From Tubulanus polymorphus (Eukaryota > Animalia > Nemertea): DNA of 64,000 nucleotides. The translations under genes and the position numbers were made by a program. Numbering within the stretch: the first letter of the stretch is position 1; the number at the start of each line of letters is the position of its first letter. The DNA is taken from the NCBI RefSeq assembly GCF_964204645.1, contig NC_134033.1, forward strand, positions 9,990,655 through 10,054,654, written 5' to 3'. Positions 53,424 through 64,000 of the stretch are shown here, one piece after another. Below the pieces are notes generated by a model. That model did no database searches, was not told the DNA's origin, and worked only from the letters and a program-made list of their open reading frames with translations.

Positions 53424-54084
53424 GTTGCTATAAACGAAAGGATATTTTTGAAAGACGTTCTGAACCTCTGAATTTTCCTTCCCCCTCTCGCGTAATTCTG
53501 CTCTCCCTCCCTCCCTCCCTCCCGCTATATCCCCCTCTCCCCACTGCTTGTTGATACGGGTTCGTTCCTCCAATCGGTGCTGAATCTCAGATGTGTTTAA
53601 TCAATCATTAATCAACAATTCCAACATTCATCAATCGATTACCTGAGAATAGGTTTCCCTTACGTCTTAATTTTCGTCTTAGTTTTCATGTGTCTTGTTT
53701 TTAAGTGTCTGATCGATTTACGCATGACACTTATATAACGAACTTCTTCTCGTCACAAGTCACCACGCCAGCTGATAATATGGCACCATTAACAGATAGG
53801 GCTTTAGAGAGCACTTGAACAATAATATGAATCACTTTCTAAAATTATGTATCGTCAGGCTTGCATACATTTTTGGTGATCATTCCTAGATGAAATAAGT
53901 AATATCGAAAATCTAAATATAATTATATATTCAATATAATATCGAAATATATTATACTAAATAATAATTCAGGACGTTTATTATCTAGCTTGTGTTCACT
54001 CTTACAATACTTAAAAAACTACTGCAGTACTGCAATACTTAAAAAACTACTTAAACTACCGCAGGTATCTGTTGAATATAATAT

Positions 54085-55080
54085 CTACAGATGTCAATGG
54101 TTGGCAATATTCGTTCGTTATGTTCGCTGTATTAAACGCGATCATTCTCATTCTGATAATGATGTCGTACACGCAGATGTACAAGTATGTAAATCTGGAA
54201 ACAGGTCCGGTTCGAGAAGAGCTGATCCTACAGAATTCGTTCCATTTAATTTATTTTTGCTGATTAGCCTACCGTTAAAAGTCATTCAGTTCTACACCGT
54301 ATTTTTGGAGATACTGATTCAGGTCGCCGCCTTGGCTGGCCGTTCTGTTCTTCGATAAACTCAACTCTGAACCCACTTCCTTTAAACTATTCTAACGATT
54401 GATATGAAATCCATACGAGCGCGAAATAAACGCAGAAAACGACAACCAATCAAATAGGTTAAAACCTCACAACGACGATGTCAACAATGAATTCAATTTA
54501 TCTTCATTTATTTAGAAGTCCATAGAACTAACTATGTAGGTATATTTTTGGGATTCGGACTTACTGAATATCATCTTACAATACAACATTAACCCACAGT
54601 ATTACTAACATCGAAATCGATAGCAAGTCTGTTTCATTTTACCTAAAGTTGACCTGGGAAACGATAAATTTATGTCGTTTTTTTTTGTCAAGTCCCAATA
54701 TTTGCAAAGCCACAGTTGAATATGATATACGTAACATAAAATTTGAATTAACACTTATAACAGGTTAGAATTAGTAAAACGGCGTGTACGGTGCTGTAAA
54801 AGGTGTGTTTAGTGAGGGCTTTTGCATGATATCAAGCGGTCTTTATGACCTGTCTACTTCAAAAACATTAATCTGATCTTAGATATTTTTAATTTCTTTT
54901 TTTTCATTCTAGTTCGGGACGACCACAGATAGGAAACCACGTGACCGAGCTTGTAACAAATATTGTACTTTAAACCAGTTAACAATTTTGATATTTTCGA
55001 ACGTAATTATGAACTGGTTCCATAGTTCAGGACACAGTTCCACAGTGCACCACCTAGTTCCACAGTTCTGGACCACACAG
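54085..55080 (+). pseudogene. Duplicate of ~51595-52620 (GPCR TM5-7 remnant plus 3' flank)
   Basis: DVNGWQYSFVMFAVLNAIILILIMMSY, INSTLNPL; colinear with the upstream copy. Confidence 0.8.
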
Positions 55081-55414
55081 TTAAGCCCTTCAAAATTGAT
55101 ACCTTGTTTCTCATCAAATCGCGAAGCCGCCAGTGTCATTACTGAATGCCAAAACAAAAAAATAAATAATAATTAAGTCCGAATCCCGCATCAGATTGCT
55201 TACGGTCAGCTCTTTCTTTTTAAAACAAAAACCCTCATGCGCGCGTTATGACGCGTTGCGCAGTAATCTTTTTATGCATTTCACTTTTGTCGATAATAAG
55301 TATTGTGCATTACATTAGTAATGCACTTATTGACCATTTTTAGCCCACTTTGGACTTTAGTCCCAGCGGGCTTTTGCGTTCACTTTTCGTCCGTCGTCCG
55401 TCCGTAGACGGCAT

Positions 55415-55792
55415 TGTTGTGGTATGGATTCTCCACCTATGTTATGGTCCGTATATCGTCCAGTGCTGTGAATCCGGGTTGGGTTGTCCAACTAGCGTCG
55501 TGGTAATAATTCCTCTTAACTATGGTGCGAGGACACTCTCTTAGATCAGATCTCAGTCCTTCGTTTTGACTTCTTACACGGCTCCCAGATATAACTTAAC
55601 AATTTCTAAGTTATCTTTCGTTTATTTCCTCTTACTAGATGTATACAGATCATTCCCCGTAGCTCCCGTGCTTACTAAAACCTCCCTATTTATATCACTT
55701 TCTCTTTTGTAACGTGTGCAGGTCCTCTTCCACACATGGCTTGGAATTCATGGCTTGTGACGTATTCATACGTCACAACATTCCTCCCATCC
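55415..55792 (-). mobile_element. LTR (366 bp) with preceding PPT
   Basis: TGTTGTG...CACAACA termini (55415-55780); PPT ggatgggaggaa; TATA-like box (~55690) and AATAAA (~55621-55626) in order on the minus strand. Confidence 0.75.
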
Positions 55793-56107
55793 ATGTATGG
55801 GCGATGACGTATCTGCACACGTCACAATTTTCTATAAATATATTTTTGCACTCAACGGAGTCCATGGCCGCACCATATTAGGTTTACCTACGTAGATACA
55901 TACGTCACTTCCAGACTTGTTTATTTATATAATTTCTATTTATGTTTATGAATGACGTACATATCCACGCAGGTTGTCTCTGGTACTGCAACACTGGCCA
56001 TGAACTCAAGCTTCCGTGCACTACTTGTTGATATTGTTTAACCGCTGATAACTGAACCCTACTAATATGTTCCCGAAAGCTTTGTTGGTATATTTCATGA
56101 AAACCCA

Positions 56108-56267
<160 letters not shown>

Positions 56268-57034
56268 TAAAAGTCTTCATAATAGAATCCAGTTATTTTG
56301 GGAAGTTTTGAAGATGCTTCAAGGTAATGTCTTGATATTTGGTTTATACATGTATCTATCCTAGACGCATCTTCAGCCCAAAAACTTTCCTCTCAGATTC
56401 AAGATGGCCAACTTGCAGCCATAGATGTTCGCCAAATTCAGAGCTGTTTGCACATTTTTGAAGTTTTTGAGGGAAACTTTGAAGACGCTTTTATAAATTA
56501 CCTTCATCTTTCACATATATTTGTATCCCCCAAGAGTCCAACAGCATGAGAAAAGTTGGGTCGATCGGACTCAATGTAACCGGCTGGTTGTTGTATCGGA
56601 AGGCTGGCTGGGGAACTAGCATTTACACTAGCGATACAGGTTTCCATCCATCAGGAACAACAAGGCAGTTAAACCTTATATGTACAATCTTTATTGCATC
56701 TCGCAATGAGAATGATTATCATAACTTTACATGGTCTTTATATACAGAATTATGAGTATGGTGAGAACGAGGTGTCAGACAAGTTGTAGACATCAAGACT
56801 CACAAACTAACACCTAGTGACATATTTGAGAGACATTAATCAATTATTGATGAGCACTGACTAGAGCTAATTACTATGAAAACATATTGAGTTATGTCAC
56901 ATGTTGATTACGATTAAAGCACATATTGATACCATATTCATCAGTTATTTACATTATTAATATTATGATTATTGTTAAGCATTTCCATGTAGAATGAGAT
57001 ATGAAATATTATGAACCGTTCCTTATGAAATTGT

Positions 57035-57141
<107 letters not shown>

Positions 57142-57394
57142 AGAAATATGTGACTTATATCAGGGTGACATCGAGATAGCCGTCCTGTGACCTATTTTGT
57201 GCCCAAAAATCTCAATTTTGGCCTGAATTCTGAGTCGTGTAACTTCCAAAGGGTTTGCCATTTTTCATTGCAATTTGTGATTGGGATTCTTTGAAAAGGG
57301 ATCTTTTATACCTGAGATAGGTATATTTGATCAGCTAATTATGACGCAATTGGCGGCCATCTTGGTGTCATCAGTATTAATTCGTAGGTGGAAA

Positions 57395-58435
57395 AAAAGT
57401 ATTTCCACATTATATTGATACCTAAGAATATTTTGTTACCATAATCAATTGGCAAGTTGTAGCTCATAACGTGTTCTATGATTGTGGAGAGTTTCAAGGT
57501 CATTAGTTTTTGTATATGGCCACCAGGGGGCATTGAACAATGCAATAACTTTTTATTAAGTATTTCTATATTCTATTTGTACCTATGCATATTTTGTTAC
57601 CACAATCAATTGAAAAGTTGTAGCTCATGACATGTTCAATGATTCTGGTGAGTTTCCAGGTCACTAGTTATTCTATATAGTCACCAGGGGGCGTTGAGAA
57701 GTAGAATAGCTTAAGATTTCCTTATTATATTGGTACCTAGACATATTTTTACCATGGTCAATTGCAAAGTTGTAGCTCATAACATTTTCTATGAATTAAT
57801 TGAGTTTCGAAGTCATTGGTCTTTGCATATGGTCACCAGGGGGCGTTGAATACTAGAATAACTTAATATTTCCATATTATATTAGTAACTAGGCATAGTT
57901 TGTTACCGCAATCGATTACAAAATCGTAGCTGCTGACATGTTCTGTGATTGTGGTGAGTTTCAAGGTCATTGGTTTTGTATATGGCCACCATGGGGCGTT
58001 GAACAATTCAATAACTTAGTATTTCCATATTATATTCTTACATAGGCATATTTTGTTACCACTATCTTAATTGGAAAGTTCTAGCTCATGACATGGTCTA
58101 TAATTGTGGTGAGATTCAAGGTCATTAGTTTTTGTATATGGCCGCCAGGTGGCGTTGAACAATACAATAACATAGTATTCCCTTATTATATTGGTACCGA
58201 GGCATATCTTGTTACCATGATCAATTGAAAAGTTGTAGCTCATGACATGATCTATGATTATTGTTAGTTTCAAAGTCATTGGGCTTTGCATATGGTCACC
58301 AGGGGGCTTTGAATAGTAGAATAACTTAGTATTTCCATATTATAGTGGTAACTTGGCATATTTTGTTACCACAATCAATTTCAAAATCGTAGCTGCTGAC
58401 ATGGCCTACAATTGTGGTGAGTTTCAAGGTCATTG
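57395..58435. repeat. ~154-bp satellite array, ~7 units
   Basis: Recurring ggtcatt...tatgg(c/t)caccagggggc at spacings of 152-161 bp. Confidence 0.92.
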
Positions 58436-59670
58436 AAATTTTTTTCAAGGTCATTGGATGGGGGCGTTGAATATTGAAATTGTTAGATTGTTGAGCATTT
58501 GAAACCACTTCCAGGTGGGCATGGTTTCTCTGGACCCCTAGTTATTTTCTTATGATGAACTGGAGCAAGTCAAACCATGGACGTATACGTCCATGGTCAA
58601 ACTAATCGGATAGACGAGACCTTCAGTAAGTTGTGCCCTTGTGTCCTAATTAACCAGTCAATCAAGAGAAATCAGCACAGTGTTCCATGATGATAAGGAT
58701 GACATTCCCAGCTATTCACAAAATGATTGGGCATGTGACCCTGGGTGTGTCTCTTGTATGCCATTTTATACTGCATTTGCTTAAAATTTTGAATTTTGGA
58801 TGTTTTTGACAATGGAAATAAACAAAATTAAATGTCTTGGTTCTGTCCACTTAACCTACTATGGATCGAGTCTCTGGAAAACTCCGGCCCTCATATGGAT
58901 TTTTAAAAGAAAAAACCTTCCGCCCTCGTCTGTTTGGAAAATATTAGTTGATTTCCACTTTTTAATTTCAAAAAAATAAACTCATAAACAAAAAAATAGC
59001 CCGCCCTCGTCATGTCTAGAAAAGAGGTTTGGATTAGAAATAATTAAGTTTGAAGGACATAATTATCATAATTAAGGATTCATTTGTCTTAATATTGAAT
59101 ATTAATCTTAATATAGAATCATCATATTGATGTGAGTGGAAAAGAATGAAAAATGAAGCTTTTCTAGATCATATTACTAATTACCATTTATTCGACAAAA
59201 ACACGAATTGTTCAATTTCACATGCAAGTGCGTACATCTAATGATATTTCATGCACCACTAAAACTGCGTCCAACTTAAAACGAAACACTTAAATCAAAA
59301 TACACGACACTGCATCATACACACAGCTGGGTTTATTTCATCAATTACACAATAACATACAGAGAAACTTGACTGAAACCGACTGTGTCTTATTAATATT
59401 CACAATGACCATCACTCACCATGGCTAATCAATATTCTTAACGACCGTACCTCACCATGTCTCATCAATATTCAAAATGGCGGTCAATGGTATTGTCACA
59501 TTTATATCCAAAACATCGATCCCTCGCAATAGCTCATCTATATGACTCATTTTAGATTTAGACGAGTAAAACGATTTATTTCACTCGGTTAAAAGTTCCA
59601 AATATTAAAAATGGTGGCTGTTAATCGTAACAAATATTGAATATATTTATTTTGAAACACGTAGAATGTG

Positions 59671-60331
59671 TTAATTGTACGGGTTGTAGGGTTTATTTGA
59701 GCCATTGTAGGCTACAATCACTCCAGCTATATATAGAATCAATAGTACAATCCAAATCATATGACAACATAAACCAGTTATGAGTCCAGCGACACACCAG
59801 TTTTTAGCCTCATGAGACCTGGCAGCGGCCACGATGCGGTCACCTCTAGCGGAAGCATCTCGCGCGTCCATAGCTTTAATCAACCCAACAATACCAAACG
59901 GCAAACAGCAACATAACATAGTACAGATAGCAAAGCCAAGATGATCACTGACCGGAACATATGGGGTGGCGGCTGGTTGCTGCGTTACAACAACGGTAGT
60001 CGCTTCGGGCACTGACTGGTGGTAGCCATAACCAGGATGGGCCTGCGGAAAGTATTGCTGGTTTGGTAGTCCTATAAGAGATAAAAAAAGGTTGACATAT
60101 ATCAATAGGTAAGACATATTATAGGAGAATGATGGGATAAGATAGAGTTTTTTACTGACTACATGACTACTAGTCACTAGGACCTATACCTGACATTGAC
60201 TCATCGGGCCGAATGTTGGGATGGGGTTATCCCTCAATCCCTGTAGGGAGAATGGGATAACAGAATCACTCACCTTTTTGAGGATCAGCAGATCCGAAGT
60301 CGTACGGGGGAGGTGCCGCCTGACCTTCCAT
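59671..60331 (-). CDS. Dispanin/CD225-family membrane protein B; exons 60331-60274 and 60071-59671
   Basis: SDHLGFAICTMLCCCLPFGIVGL...GD...SHEAKNW; exon 1 MEGQAAPPPYDF; phase-1 intron gtgagt...ttatag in frame. Confidence 0.9.
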
Positions 60332-60814
60332 ATTCACTTATAACTCTCGGTATTGCTAAACAATTCTTATATAGAGTCAATTTGCGACGCAGTTTTCTTT
60401 CAGATAAAATATGACCGTTGCAATTGAAGATCGTGCATACATCTGAGTACGTCATACCCGTAGCCTAGTGATGATAAGATAACGATTTGAAAATAATGGA
60501 GCATTATTTTACTACCTGATAACACACATGATCCGGTGTTGTATGAGTGGTATATATATCACTGCACGTAGAGGCTATATACCCGGTACATACATGTGTA
60601 TAGAGCTTTTGATTGATTTAATATAAGACAAACAAATTCAAGTCCAATGCCCCATTTTCTTTTCAACAAAATTATTTTAATACGTGGTATCTATAAAAGA
60701 TACCTGTCTTGGGGTTTAGTGCCCTTCGTGAAATTAGAAACTGAATTGCCCCTGGGCTGTATAATCTCAGATAGTGATAGTTAGTACTGTAGTGAATAGA
60801 TCCACCCAATCTGG

Positions 60815-60940
60815 CTGATCGCCAGTCACTTCACCCGATTGGTCACCAGTCACCATACTTGACTGGTCATCGCTCACCAAACCTGACTGGTCACCAGTCA
60901 CTACACCTGACTGGTCATTGGTAACCACAAGTGACCAGAC
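60815..60940. repeat. Short degenerate tandem repeat (tggtcaccagtcac / gactggtca)
   Basis: Direct observation of 5-6 related units. Confidence 0.6.
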
Positions 60941-60989
60941 AAACTTACACGCCGATCATTACTTGGTTAGCACGCTGGAGGTCGCATGT

Positions 60990-61548
60990 TAATGAAAAAA
61001 ATATGAGCGCTGCCGCGACGTATGTTTTTTGCAACGTTATAGCGTCCCGACATAAGAATTTGTATTTTTACAGCGACGAAATACTTTAATGCATTTGCGA
61101 CGACGTAAGTTTTTGCGTCGACGTTAGTTTTTGTGACGACGTAAGTTTGTGAGACTACGTAAGTTATTTCCGAAAATCACCACCAAGTGGCACTGCAGAT
61201 GTTGATTGAATTCAATTGAATTACATTTTCCTCCTGGAATCTATCAACCAGGTGTGGAAGGCTAAGACTAACCAGAATACCTTCCATCTCCATGATTTAT
61301 ACAGACGCGCCAAATACACATACACAGTCCGGATTTTCCGGTTATGTTTCTTCGAAAATTGCAATTTAATTCAATTCAATTCAATTGAATGAACATTTGC
61401 AGTGCCACCTGGTGGTGATTTTCGGAAATAACTTGCGTCGTCGCAAATGCATTAAAGTATAACGTCGCTGTAAAATATAAAGTCTTATGTCGGGACGCTA
61501 TAACGTTGCAAAAAAATGTCGGTGCAGCGCTCATATTTTTTTCATTAT
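60990..61548. repeat. Long inverted repeat (foldback/MITE-like), arms of ~175-230 bp
   Basis: taatgaaaaaaatatgagcgctgc...caccaagtggcactgc at the left, reverse complement at ~61375-61548. Confidence 0.88.
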
Positions 61549-62321
61549 CGCGTTCCATAACCGCTAGGATTATTTTGGTTTAATGAGCGCAATTGTTTGC
61601 CGTCAAATAGTATATATTTCACTTAATTAGGTTTAGCTTAAAGTCACGCACTACTGGGCTAGGTATTTCAACAATTTTCCGAATATGGCCTGGGCTAAAT
61701 GTGATTAATAGCTATAATGATTGAACTCATTATCTATTTTGAAATACGTGTCTAATGGAAAATCGGGTAATGGATGGTTGCTATAGGTAACGGGATTGTT
61801 GGTAATTGAAATGGAAACTCATTGTTGAGAGAAAACCGATAGAATCTTGCAATATATTGCGTTTATTCTACGCACGCGCGGGAACTGTAGAAACAACGAC
61901 TACAATTGTTCGGAACTACTCAAATGAATTTACTTCTTCTAGACTTCGATTTACTTCACAGAATAAGAAATGCATGTAAGTCATTCAATCATATTTTATT
62001 CGTAATGAGATTCCAGAGTGAAAGAGTGAAGAGTGAAATCATAAAATATATCCACCATTAGCCTCAGAACTTTAATCAAGTTATATTTTTTTCACATAAC
62101 ATATTTCGATCGGTCGCATTAGGTGACTCTGAGTGATATACTGTGAAGGCCAAGTGAGTTGAAGGTCAAATACAAGAAGCCACGGCGTAGCAGTTAGAAT
62201 ACATAAGTTGTGGCGACATTAAAACTGTTCTTACTAGAGCCGATATTTCACAGACAATGACAGCATGGAGTCAGCTACCCCTTTACAAAACTATAATAAT
62301 TTTGAGAGAAATGTGAGAAGT

Positions 62322-63110
62322 TTATTTAGTTTCAGCGGCGTCGCGCACTGCCGGATTATTCTCGATGCCGCCGAGCAGTTCCTCGTTGCCGCCGAGGACG
62401 GCCGCGTTATTCTCGACGCTACCGCAGTCGTCACACTCTTCATCCGTTATGTTCAAATCGCTCAGCAAGTTAGCGGATTCGAACCCAACCGTCGAATCGT
62501 CCATCATCAAGTGACCGCCGGTCCTCTCCGTCTCGCTATCGATACCATACGTCACGGGATCACTCGACGATCGGTTGAGTTTCCCCTTTCCGTCGCTAGA
62601 GGCGCTACTCTCCGTTGAAAGCGTCCTCTGGCGGATACGAGTGTTTTTCTGGCGTTCTTGACGAGTTTTATTGAGTTTCCAGTCAGTATACGCTACGTGA
62701 AACGCTCTGGACAACTCGAGCGCTAACATATTCGCTTTTTCAGACGAACTACAGTAAACCGCGTAACACTGCATCTGCTGTTCAGCTTTATTATTATAGA
62801 CCCATGAGAACAGTTTCGGGTGGATGTCAGTATCTGCACTGCAATAGGATATATATCGAATATCGAATTTATCAGTCATAGCGTGTTTCGAATGTTTCTC
62901 GCGTAGAAATAAACCGCTTGTATTCACCGTTATGACAGCTTTACGAAGGCTGCGCTCATCAGTCGTCGCAAGCGAGTCGACTAACTTCTGGACGGGCAGC
63001 TTCGTACACCCCTTACCGCTACTGACTAATGTATCCGTGTATCCGAGAAATCGAACCTGGAATTCAGGATCGTCCTCGCTGAATATGATTGTACCGCGCC
63101 AGTTAAACAT
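62322..63110 (-). CDS. FAM43: FAM43-like PTB/PID-domain protein, single coding exon
   Basis: DPEFQVRFLG...GKGCT..V, ISYCSAD...KLFSWVY, QCYAVYC..KA..LALELSRAF match the FAM43 PTB pattern; uninterrupted 262-aa ORF. Confidence 0.85.
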   Translation of the reverse strand: MFNWRGTIIFSEDDPEFQVRFLGYTDTLVSSGKGCTKLPVQKLVDSLATTDERSLRKAVITVNTSGLFLREKHSKHAMTDKFDIRYISYCSADTDIHPKLFSWVYNNKAEQQMQCYAVYCSSSEKANMLALELSRAFHVAYTDWKLNKTRQERQKNTRIRQRTLSTESSASSDGKGKLNRSSSDPVTYGIDSETERTGGHLMMDDSTVGFESANLLSDLNITDEECDDCGSVENNAAVLGGNEELLGGIENNPAVRDAAETK

Positions 63111-63149
63111 GTCATCCCAGTTTTCGCGCGATTCGCAAATAGAGGGTTA

Positions 63150-63360
63150 ACTACTCGTATTTAATGTCTTAACTCCAAGATGTACTCGTGAACCCTAAAG
63201 TGTACTCGTATGAAATCTAAGTTGTGTTCGTATCACCTTACGGTCTTCTCGTACGAACAAAAAGCGTGTACCCGCATGAAGTGTGTCTTGTATGAACTCT
63301 AAGGTGTCTCGTATGAACCCATAAAGATTTCTCGTAACTGAAAGGTGTACTCGTACGAAG
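63150..63360. repeat. Degenerate ~21-bp tandem repeat immediately upstream of the FAM43-like ATG
   Basis: Recurring gtgtactcgtatgaa variants. Confidence 0.65.
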
Positions 63361-64000
63361 TCTGAGAGCTATAATGAGCCTTCTATATCCATGTAACCAG
63401 GACTATTCATTCTGAAATCAGAACCCGCATCAGAATGATCGAGTTTCGTATGTGTCGCGTGGTTGTAATGATGTTCGTTGTCACGCGGAGACGTCTGGTG
63501 GGACAGGTAACCGGTATGAGTTGGGTGGGTTTCCGGTGTCACTTGACCTGGAGATTGAAAATTATATTATGAATGCCACTGCCGTTTTGAGAGAGCTCTT
63601 CTTTTAATAGGCCTATTCTATATTATTGTAGCCATTACAAACACTTGAAGATGAATGAATTTATGTTATCGAACCATTGCAAGGTGTACCCATACGAGTT
63701 ATGTATAAATTTTACCTTAAAGTCTTTCAAAGAAACAGTTAATAGAGGCAGTAATATGCTCAGATATTTTTGCTGAATATATACATCGAAATCTTATCAA
63801 ATTTCCAATACATGCGTACATCAGTTTCTAAACTCAATATAAACACAACACTCTTCCCAAAACCCAGGATCAGGAGTGGTCCTAACATCAGACAATTCAT
63901 GACACATTGTCTATCCGCGTTGTAACGATAATATGTAGTCGCAGGAATAGAAACAGAGTCCAGGATAGGTCTACTTATAATTCCTGACGATGAAAGTAAG

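Noticed and set aside
60191-60240. AG/GT-bounded mini-exon in the dispanin B intron
   Set aside because: Introduces an in-frame TAA in phase 1; no evidence it is used.
62265-62618. 117-aa plus-strand ORF
   Set aside because: Antisense shadow of the FAM43-like CDS with no recognisable motif.

Overview
AT-rich, repeat-dense metazoan genomic DNA, most like a marine invertebrate (species cannot be read from the sequence). Roughly three quarters of it is nested and decayed transposable elements: two Gypsy LTR elements (one with a chromodomain-like integrase tail and an F-type env gene), several CR1/L2-group LINEs, an RTE-X-like LINE and a FLYWCH-MULE transposon nested in a BEL/Pao element, a nearly intact Penelope element with hammerhead ribozymes and a 12-bp TSD, Helentron-type non-autonomous elements, MITEs and satellites. 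Host genes: a multi-exon gamma-glutamyl hydrolase (minus strand), two two-exon dispanin/CD225 genes and a single-exon FAM43-like PTB gene. Scattered among these are at least six decayed pieces of an LDLa-LRR-GPCR (GRL101/LGR-like) gene, some of them inserted into transposons. All assignments come from motif recognition by eye; no database searches were run.
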